In this document: in pieces, positions 28,001 through 38,245 of the stretch
Layout of the letters: each line of letters begins with the position of its first letter
Numbering within the stretch: the first letter of the stretch is position 1
DNA from: Raillietiella orientalis
Taxonomy: Eukaryota
Length of the DNA stretch: 55,195 nucleotides
NCBI GenBank assembly: GCA_036172245.1
Contig: JAYWIR010000157.1
Coordinates: forward strand, 1-55,195
Direction of reading: 5' to 3'
Made by a program: the position numbers and the translations under genes
The notes under the pieces: generated by a model
Databases searched by the model: none
Told to the model about the DNA's origin: nothing
What the model saw: only the letters and a program-made list of their open reading frames with translations

Positions 28001-30849
28001 GCAATCCTGAGACATCAGAATGGTTGTAAGCAATCTACTTTTACTTCCTGCATCCAAATAGAAAATTCAGAGTGCATCAAAAAAATTCCTAGCTCTTTTC
28101 TATTTCCAATGCGGTGTTCTCCCGCCAAATCTCCGCACTTGCACGAAAATGACCATGGCCGGTTCCCGATGATTTCGGTCGCAATCCTGAGACATCAGAA
28201 TGGTTGGAAGCAATCTATTTTCACTTCCTGCATCCAAATAGAATCTTCAAAGTGCATCAAAAAACTCCTCTCTCTTTTCTATTTCCAATGCGGTGTTTTC
28301 CCGCCAAATCTCCGCACTTGCACGTAAACGACCATAGGCGGTTACAGATGATTTCGGTCGCAATCCTGAGACATCAGAATGGTTGGAATCAATCAACTTG
28401 CACTTCCTGCATCCAAATAGAATCTTCAAAGTGCATCAAAAAAATTCCTCTCTCTTTTCTATTTCCAATGCGGTGTTTTCCCGCCAAATCTCCGCACTTG
28501 CACGTAAACGACCATGGCCGGTTCCCGATGATTTCGGTCGCAATCCTGAGACATCAGAATGGTTGGAAGCAATCTATTTTCACTTCCTGCATCCAAATAG
28601 AATCTTCAAAGTGCATCAAAAAAATTCCTCTCTTTTTTCTATTTTCAATGCGGTGTTTTCCCGCCAAAACTCCGCACTTGCACTTAAATGACCATGGGCG
28701 GTTCCCGATGATTTCGGTCGCAATCCTGAGACATCAGAATGGTTGGAAGCAATCTACTTTCACTTCCTGCATCCAGATAGAATCTTCAAAGTGCATCAAA
28801 AAAATTCCTCTCTCTTTTCAATTTCCAATGCGATGTTTTCCCGCCAAATCTCCGCACTTGCACGTAAACGACCATGGCCGGTTCCCGATTATTTCGGTCG
28901 CAATCCTGAGACATCAGAATGGTTGTAAGCAATCTACTTTTACTTCCTGCATCCAAATAGAAAATTCAGAGTGCATCAAAAAAATTCCTAGCTCTTTTCT
29001 ATTTCCAATGCGGTGTTCTCCCGCCAAATCTCCGCACTTGCACGAAAATGACCATGGCCGGTTCCCGATGATTTCGGTCGCAATCGTGAGACATCAGAAT
29101 GGTTGGAAGCAATCTATTTCCACTTCCTGCATCCAAATAGAATCTTCAAAGTGCATCAAAAAAATTCCTCTCTCTTTTCTATTTCCAATGCGGTGTTTTC
29201 CCGCCAAATCTCCGCACTTGCACGTGAACGACCATAGCCGGTTCCCGATGAATTCGGTGGCAATCCTGAGACATCAGAATGGTTGGAAGCAATCTACTTT
29301 CACTTCCTGCATCCAGATAGAATCTTCAAAGTGCATCAAAAAGACTCCTCTCTCTTTTCTATTTCCAATGCGGTGTTTTCCCGCCAAATCTCCGCACTTG
29401 CACGTAAACGACCATAGGCGAATACAGATGATTTCGGTCGCAATCCTGAGACATCAGAATGGTTGGAATCAATCAACTTGCACTTCCTGCATCCAAATAG
29501 AATCTTCAAAGTGCATCAAAAAAATTCCTCTCTCTTTTCTATTTCCAATGCGGTGTTTTCCCGCCAAATCTCCGCACTTGCACGTAAACGACCATGGGCG
29601 GTTCCCGATGATTTCGGTCGCAATCCTGACACATCAGAATGGTTGGAAGCAATCTACTTTTACTTCCTGCATCCAAATAGAATCTTCAGAGTGCATCAAA
29701 AAAATTCCTAGCTCTTTTCTATTTCCAATGCGGTGTTCTCCCGCCAAATCTCCGCACTTGCACGTAAACGACCATGGCCGGTTCCCGATGATTTCGGTGG
29801 CAATCCTGAGACATCAGAATGGTTGGAAGCAATCTACTTTCACTTCCTGCATCCAAATAGAATCTTCAAAGTGCATCAAAAAAATTCCTCTCTTTTTTCT
29901 ATTTCCAATGCGGTGTTTTCCCGCCAAAACTCCGCACTTGCACTTAAATGACCATGGGCGGTTCACAATGATTTCGGTCGCAATCCTGAGACATCAGAAT
30001 GGTTGGAAGCAATCTACTTTCACTTCCTGCATCCAGATAGAATCTTCAAAGTGCATCAAAAAAATTCCTCTCTCTTTCTATTTCCAATGCGGTGTTTTCC
30101 CGCCAAATCTCCGCACATGCACGTAAACGACCATAGGCGGTTCCCGATTACTTCGGTCGCAATCCTGAGACATCAGAATGGTTGTAAGCAATCTACTTTT
30201 ACTTCCTGTATCCAAATAGAATCTTCAGAGTGCATCAAAAAAATTCCTAGCTCTTTTCTATTTCCAATGCGGTGTTCTCCCGCCAAATCTCCGCACTTGC
30301 ACGTAAACGACCATGGCCGGTTCCCGATGATTTCGGTGGCAATCCTGAGACATCAGAATGGTTGGAAGCAATCTATTTTCACTTCCTGCATCCAAATAGA
30401 ATCTTCAAAGTGCATCAAAAAAATTCCTCTCTTTTTTCTATTTCCAATGCGGTGTTTTCCCGCAAAAACTCCGCACTTGCACTTAAATGACCATGGGCGG
30501 TTCACAATGATTTCGGTCGCAATCCTGAGACATCAGAATGGTTGGAAGCAATCTACTTTCACTTCCTGCATCCAGATAGAATCTTCAAAGTGCATCAAAA
30601 AAATTCCTTTCTCTTTCTATTTCCAATGCGGTGTTTTCCCGCCAAATCTCCGCACTTGCACGTAAACGACCATGGCCGGTTCCCGATGATTTCGGTCGCA
30701 ATCGTGAGACATCAGAATGGTTGTAAGGAATCTACTTTTACTTCCTGCATCCAGATAGAATCTTCAAAGTGCATCAAAAAAACTGTCTATTTCCAATGCG
30801 GGTGTTTTCCCGCCAAATCTCCGCACTTGCACGTAAACGACCATAGGCG

Positions 30850-33800
30850 GTTACAGATGATTTCGGTCGCAATCCTGAGACATCAGAATGGTTGGAATCA
30901 ATCAACTTGCACTTCCTGCATCCAAATAGAATCTTCAAAGTGCATCAAAAAAATTCCTCTCTCTTTTCTATTTCCAATGCGGTGTTTTCCCGCCAAATCT
31001 CCGCACTTGCACGTAAACGACCATGGGCGGTTCCCGATGATTTCGGTCGCAATCCTGACACATCAGAATGGTTGGAATCAATCTACTTTCACTTCCTGCA
31101 TCCAGATAGAATCTTCAAAGTGCATCAAAAAAACTCCTCTCTCTTTTCTATTTTCAATGCGGTGTTTTCCCGCCAAATCTCCGCACTTGCACGTAAACGA
31201 CCATGGCCGGTTCCCGATGATTTCGGTCGCAATCCTGAGACATCAGAATGGTTGGAAGCAATCTATTTTCACTTCCTGCATCCAAATAGAATCTTCAAAG
31301 TGCATCAAAAAAATTCCTCTCTTTTTTCTATTTCCAATGCGGTGTTTTCCCGCCAAAACTCCGCACTTGCACTTAAATGACCATGGGCGGTTCCCGATGA
31401 TTTCGGTCGCAATCCTGAGACATCAGAATGGTTGGAAGCAATCTACTTTCACTTCCTGCATCCAGATAGAATCTTCAAAGTGCATCAAAAAAATTCCTCT
31501 CTCTTTCTATTTCCAATGCGGTGTTTTCCCGCCAAATCTCCGCACATGCACGTAAACGACCATGGCGGGTTCCCGATTATTTCGGTCGCAATCCTGAGAG
31601 ATTAAAATGGTTCGCAACAATCTATTTTCACTTGCTGCATCCAAATAGCATCTTCAAAGTGCATCAAAAAAATTCCTCTCTTTTTTCTATTTCCAATGCG
31701 GTGTTTTCCCCCCAAAACTCCGCACTTGCACGTAAACGACCATGACCGGTTCCCGATGATTTCGGTCGCAATCGTGAGACATCAGAATGGTTGTAAGGAA
31801 TCTACTTTTACTTCCTGCATCCAAATAGAATCTTCAAAGTGCATCAAAAAAATTCCTCTCTCTTTTCTATTTCCAATGCGGTGTTTTCCCGCCAAATCTC
31901 CGCACTTGCACGTAAACGACCATGGCCGGTTCCCGATTATTTCGGTCGCAATCCTGAGAGATTAAAATGGTTCGCAACAATCTATTTTCACTTCCTGCAT
32001 CCAAATAGCATCTTCGAAGTGCATCAAAAAAATTCCTGTCTTTTTTCTATTTCCAATGCGGTGTTTTCCCGCCAAAACTCCGCACTTGCACTTAAATGAC
32101 CATGGGCGGTTCCCGATGATTTCGGTCGCAATCCTGAGACATCAGAATGGTTGGAAGCAATCTATTTCCACTTCCTTCATCCAAATAGAATCTTCAAAGT
32201 GCATCAAAAAAATTCCTCTCTCTTTTCTATTTCCAATGCGGTGTTTTCCCGCCAAATCTCCGCACTTGCACGTAAACGACCATGGCCGGTTCCCGATTAT
32301 TTCGGTCGCAATCGTGAGACATCAGAATGGTTGTAAGCAATCTACTTTTACTTCCTGCATCCAAATAGAATCTTCAAAGTGCATCAAAGAAATTCCTCTC
32401 TCTTTTCTATTTCCAATGCGGTGTTCTCCCGCCAAATCTCCGCACTTGCACGTAAACGACCATGGCCGGTTCCCGATGATTTCGGTCGCAATCGTGAGAC
32501 ATCAGAATGGTTGTAAGGAATCTACTTTTACTTCCTGCATCCAGATAGAATCTTCAAAGTGCATCAAAAAAACTCCTCTCTCTTTTCTATTTCCAATGCG
32601 GTGTTTTCCCGCCAAATCTCCGCACATGCACGTAAACGACCATGGCCGGTTCCCGATTATTTCGGTCGCAATCCTGAGAGATTAAAATGGTTCGCAACAA
32701 TCTATTTTCACTTCCTGCATCCAAATAGCATCTTCGAAGTGCATCAAAAAAATTCCTGTCTTTTTTCTATTTCCAATGCGGTGTTTTCCCGCCAAAACTC
32801 CGCACTTGCACTTAAATGACCATGGGCGGTTCCCGATGATTTCGGTCGCAATCCTGAGACATCAGAATGGTTGGAAGCAATCTATTTCCACTTCCTCCAT
32901 CCAAATAGAATCTTCAAAGTGCATCAAAAAAATTCCTCTCTCTTTTCTATTTCCAATGCGGTGTTTTCCCGCCAAATCTCCGCACTTGCACGTAAACGAC
33001 CATGGCCGGTTCCCGATTATTTCGGTCGCAATCGTGAGACATCAGAATGGATGTAAGCAATCTACTTTTACTTCCTGCATCCAAATAGAATCTTCAAAGT
33101 GCATCAAAAACACTGCTCTCTCTTTTCTATTTCCAATGCGGTGTTTTCCCGCCAAAACTCCGCACTTGCACTTAAATGACCATTGGGCGGTTCACAATGA
33201 TTTCGGTCGCAATCCTGAGACATCAGAATGGTTGGAAGCAATCTACTTTCACTTCCTGCATCCAGATAGAATCTTCAAAGTGCATCAAAAACACTCCTCT
33301 CTCTTTTCTATTTTCAATGCAGTGTTTTCCCGCCAAATCTCCGCACTTGCACGTAAACGACCATGGCCGGTTCCCGATGATTTCGGTCGCAATCCTGAGA
33401 CATCAGAATGGTTGGAAGCAATCTACTTTCACTTCCTGCATCCAGATAGAATCTTCAAAGTGCATCAAAAACACTCCTCTCTCTTTCTATTTCCAATTCG
33501 GTGTTTTCCCGCCAAATCTCCGCACTTGCACGTAAACGACCATGGCCGGTTCCCGATTATTTCGGTCGCAATCCTGAGAGATTAAAATGGTTCGCAACAA
33601 TCTATTTTCACTTGCTGCATCCAAATAGCATCTTCAAAGTGCATCAAAAAAATTCCTCTCTTTTTTCTATTTCCAATGCGGTGTTTTCCCGCCAAATCTC
33701 CGCACTTGCACGTAAACGACCATGGCCGGTTCCCGATGATTTCGGTCGCAATCGTGAGACATCAGAATGGTTGTAAGGAATCTACTTTTACTTCCTGCAT

Positions 33801-35000
33801 CCAGATAGAATCTTCAAAGTGCATCAAAAAGACTCCTCTCTCTTTTCTATTTCCAATGCGGTGTTTTCCCGCCAAATCTCCGCACTTGCACGTAAACGAC
33901 CATAGGCGGTTACAGATGATTTCGGTCGCAATCCTGAGACATCAGAATGGTTGGAATCAATCAACTTGCACTTCCTGCATCCAAATAGAATCTTCAAAGT
34001 GCATCAAAAAAATTCCTCTCTCTTTTCTATTTCCAATGCGGTGTTTTCCCGCCAAATCTCCGCACTTGCACGTAAACGACCATGGGCGGTTCCCGATGAT
34101 TTCGGTCGCAATCCTGACACATCAGAATGGTTGGAATCAATCTACTTTCACTTCCTGCATCCAGATAGAATCTTCAAAGTGCATCAAAAAAACTCCTCTC
34201 TCTTTTCTATTTTCAATGCGGTGTTTTCCCGCCAAATCTCCGCACTTGCACGTAAACGACCATGGCCGGTTCCCGATGATTTCGGTCGCAATCCTGAGAC
34301 ATCAGAATGGTTGGAAGCAATCTACTTTCACTTCCTGCATCCAAATAGAATCTTCAAAGTGCATCAAAAAAATTCCTCTCTCTTTTCTATTTCCAATGCG
34401 GTGTTTTCCCGCCAAATCTCCGCACTTGCACGTAAACGACCATGGCCGGTTCCCGATGATTTCGGTGGCAATCCTGAGACATCAGAATGGTTGGAAGCAA
34501 TCTACTTTCACTTCCTGCATTGAAATAGAATCTTCAAAGTGCATCAAAAAAACTCCTCTCTGTTTTCTATTTCCAATGATGTGTTTTCCCGCCAAATCTC
34601 CGCACTTTCACGTAAACGACCATGGGCGGTTCCCGATGATTTCGGTCGCAATCCTGAGACATCAGAATGGTTGGAAGCAATCTATTTCCACTTCCTGCAT
34701 CCAAATAGAATTTTCAAAGTGCATCAAAAAAATTCCTTTCTCTTTTCTATTTCCAATGCGGTGTTCTCCCGCCAAATCTCCGCACTTTCACGTAAACGAC
34801 CATGGGCGGTTCCCGATGATTTCGGTCGCAATCCTGAGACATCAGAATGGTTGGAAGCAATCTATTTCCACTTCCTGCATCCAAATAGAATTTTCAAAGT
34901 GCATCAAAAAAATTCCTTTCTCTTTTCTATTTCCAATGCGGTGTTCTCCCGCCAAATCTCCGCACTTGCACGTAAACGACCATAGCCGGTTCCCGATGAT
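30850..35000. repeat. Internally deleted/rearranged fourth copy of the 30-mer HOR; boundaries approximate
   Basis: The same private markers reappear in compressed order: ORF 31521 equals ORF 10485, ORF 32776 equals ORF 16958, ATGGATGTAA at ~33047, GCATTGAAAT at ~34517. The CCTTTAAATC monomer is missing. Confidence 0.8.
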
Positions 35001-38000
35001 TTCGGTGGCAATCCTGAGACATCAGAATGGTTGGAAGCAATCTACTTTCACTTCCTGCATCCAGATAGAATCTTCAAAGTGCATCAAAACCTCTCTCTTT
35101 TCTATTTCCAATGCGGTGTTTTCCCGCCAAATCTCCGCACTTGCACGTAAACGACCATAGGCGGTTACAGATGATTTCGGTCGCAATCCTGAGACATCAG
35201 AATGGTTGGAATCAATCAACTTGCACTTCCTGCATCCAAATAGAATCTTCAAAGTGCATCAAAAAAATTCCTCTCTCTTTTCTATTTCCAATGCGGTGTT
35301 TTCCCGCCAAATCTCCGCACTTGCACGTAAACGACCATGGCCGGTTCCCGATGATTTCGGTCGCAATCCTGAGACATCAGAATGGTTGGAAGCAATCTAC
35401 TTTCACTTCCTGCATCCAGATAGAATCTTCAAAGTGCATCAAAAAACTCCTCTCTCTTTTCTATTTCCAATGCGGTGTTTTCCCGCCAAATCTCCGCACT
35501 TGCACGTAAACGACCATAGGCGGTTACAGATGATTTCGGTCGCAATCCTGAGACATCAGAATGGTTGGAATCAATCAACTTGCACTTCCTGCATCCAAAT
35601 AGAATCTTCAAAGTGCATCAAAAAAATTCCTCTCTCTTTTCTATTTCCAATGCGGTGTTTTCCCGCCAAATCTCCGCACTTGCACGTAAACGACCATGGC
35701 CGGTTCCCGATGATTTCGGTCGCAATCCTGAGACATCAGAATGGTTGGAAGCAATCTATTTTCACTTCCTGCATCCAAATAGAATCTTCAAAGTGCATCA
35801 AAAAAATTCCTCTCTTTTTTCTATTTTCAATGCGGTGTTTTCCCGCCAAAACTCCGCACTTGCACTTAAATGACCATGGGCGGTTCCCGATGATTTCGGT
35901 CGCAATCCTGAGACATCAGAATGGTTGGAAGCAATCTACTTTCACTTCCTGCATCCAGATAGAATCTTCAAAGTGCATCAAAAAAATTCCTCTCTCTTTT
36001 CAATTTCCAATGCGATGTTTTCCCGCCAAATCTCCGCACTTGCACGTAAACGACCATGGCCGGTTCCCGATTATTTCGGTCGCAATCCTGAGACATCAGA
36101 ATGGTTGTAAGCAATCTACTTTTACTTCCTGCATCCAAATAGAAAATTCAGAGTGCATCAAAAAAATTCCTAGCTCTTTTCTATTTCCAATGCGGTGTTC
36201 TCCCGCCAAATCTCCGCACTTGCACGAAAATGACCATGGCCGGTTCCCGATTATTTCGGTCGCAATCCTGAGACATCAGAATGGTTGGAAGCAATCTACT
36301 TTCACTTCCTGCATCCAGATAGAATCTTCAAAGTGCATCAAAAAACTCCTCTCTCTTTTCTATTTCCAATGCGGTGTTTTCCCGCCAAATCTCCGCACTT
36401 GCACGTAAACGACCATAGCCGGTTCCCGATGATTTCGGTGGCAATCCTGAGACATCAGAATGGTTGGAAGCAATCTACTTTCACTTCCTGCATCCAGATA
36501 GAATCTTCAAAGTGCATCAAAAAAATTCCTCTCTTCTATTTCCAATGCGGTGTTTTCCCGCCAAATCTCCGCACTTGCACGTAAACGACCATAGGCGGTT
36601 ACAGATGATTTCGGTCGCAATCCTGAGACATCAGAATGGTTGTAAGCAATCTACTTTTACTTCCTGCATCCAAATAGAAAATTCAGAGTGCATCAAAAAA
36701 ATTCCTAGCTCTTTTCTATTTCCAATGCGGTGTTCTCCCGCCAAATCTCCGCACTTGCACGAAAATGACCATGGCCGGTTCCCGATGATTTCGGTCGCAA
36801 TCCTGAGACATCAGAATGGTTGGAAGCAATCTATTTTCACTTCCTGCATCCAAATAGAATTTTCAAAGTGCATCAAAAAAATTCCTTTCTCTTTTCTATT
36901 TCCAATGCGGTGTTCTCCCGCCAAATCTCCGCACTTGCACGTAAACGACCATAGCCGGTTCCCGATGATTTCGGTGGCAATCCTGAGACATCAGAATGGT
37001 TGGAAGCAATCTACTTTCACTTCCTGCATCCAGATAGAATCTTCAAAGTGCATCAAAAAACTCCTCTCTCTTTTCTATTTCCAATGCGGTGTTTTCCCGC
37101 CAAATCTCCGCACTTGCACGTAAACGACCATAGGCGGTTACAGATGATTTCGGTCGCAATCCTGAGACATCAGAATGGTTGGAATCAATCAACTTGCACT
37201 TCCTGCATCCAAATAGAATCTTCAAAGTGCATCAAAAAAATTCCTCTCTCTTTTCTATTTCCAATGCGGTGTTTTCCCGCCAAATCTCCGCACTTGCACG
37301 TAAACGACCATGGCCGGTTCCCGATGATTTCGGTCGCAATCCTGAGACATCAGAATGGTTGGAAGCAATCTATTTTCACTTCCTGCATCCAAATAGAATT
37401 TTCAAAGTGCATCAAAAAAATTCCTTTCTCTTTTCTATTTCCAATGCGGTGTTCTCCCGCCAAATCTCCGCACTTGCACGTAAACGACCATAGCCGGTTC
37501 CCGATGATTTCGGTGGCAATCCTGAGACATCAGAATGGTTGGAAGCAATCTACTTTCACTTCCTGCATCCAGATAGAATCTTCAAAGTGCATCAAAAAAC
37601 TCCTCTCTCTTTTCTATTTCCAATGCGGTGTTTTCCCGCCAAATCTCCGCACTTGCACGTAAACGACCATAGGCGGTTACAGATGATTTCGGTCGCAATC
37701 CTGAGACATCAGAATGGTTGTAAGCAATCTACTTTTACTTCCTGCATCCAAATAGAAAATTCAGAGTGCATCAAAAAAATTCCTAGCTCTTTTCTATTTC
37801 CAATGCGGTGTTCTCCCGCCAAATCTCCGCACTTGCACGAAAATGACCATGGCCGGTTCCCGATGATTTCGGTCGCAATCCTGAGACATCAGAATGGTTG
37901 GAAGCAATCTACTTTCACTTCCTGCATCCAAATAGAATCTTCAAAGTGCATCAAAAAAACTCCTCTCTCTTTTCTATTTCCAATGCGGTGTTTTCCCGCC

Positions 38001-38220
38001 AAATCTCCGCACTTGCACGTAAACGACCATAGGCGGTTACAGATGATTTCGGTCGCAATCCTGAGACATCAGAATGGTTGGAATCAATCAACTTGCACTT
38101 CCTGCATCCAAATAGAATCTTCAAAGTGCATCAAAAAAATTCCTCTCTCTTTTCTATTTCCAATGCGGTGTTTTCCCGCCAAATCTCCGCACTTGCACGT
38201 AAACGACCATGGCCGGTTCC

Positions 38221-38245
38221 CGATGATTTCGTACTCTGGTTTTCA
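38221..38245. other. Direct junction between the 180-bp and 278-bp satellites
   Basis: ...CCGATGATTTCG|TACTCTGGTTTTCATGG... The 180-bp monomer is broken after GATTTCG, and the 278-bp unit is entered at TA(G>C)TCTGGTTTT with no spacer. Confidence 0.95.

Larger units (their letters stand above)
6..38231. repeat. 180-bp tandem satellite array, about 212 head-to-tail monomers (candidate centromeric/pericentromeric satellite)
   Basis: Monomer approx. GACCATGGCCGGTTCCCGATGATTTCGGTCGCAATCCTGAGACATCAGAATGGTTGGAAGCAATCTACTTTCACTTCCTGCATCCAAATAGAATCTTCAAAGTGCATCAAAAAAATTCCTCTCTCTTTTCTATTTCCAATGCGGTGTTTTCCCGCCAAATCTCCGCACTTGCACGTAAAC recurs every 179-181 bp (every third 60-nt line is nearly identical). 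No inversion or foreign insertion seen. Centromeric role is inferred only from nucleosome-sized monomer length and HOR organisation. Confidence 0.98.

Noticed and set aside
6..38231. Identification as Arabidopsis CEN178/180 or primate alpha satellite
   Set aside because: Only the length is similar. The sequence does not match those consensus sequences as I recall them, so no family name is assigned.
38225..38240. Transposon footprint or target-site duplication at the junction
   Set aside because: No terminal inverted repeat, LTR end or duplicated flank is visible.
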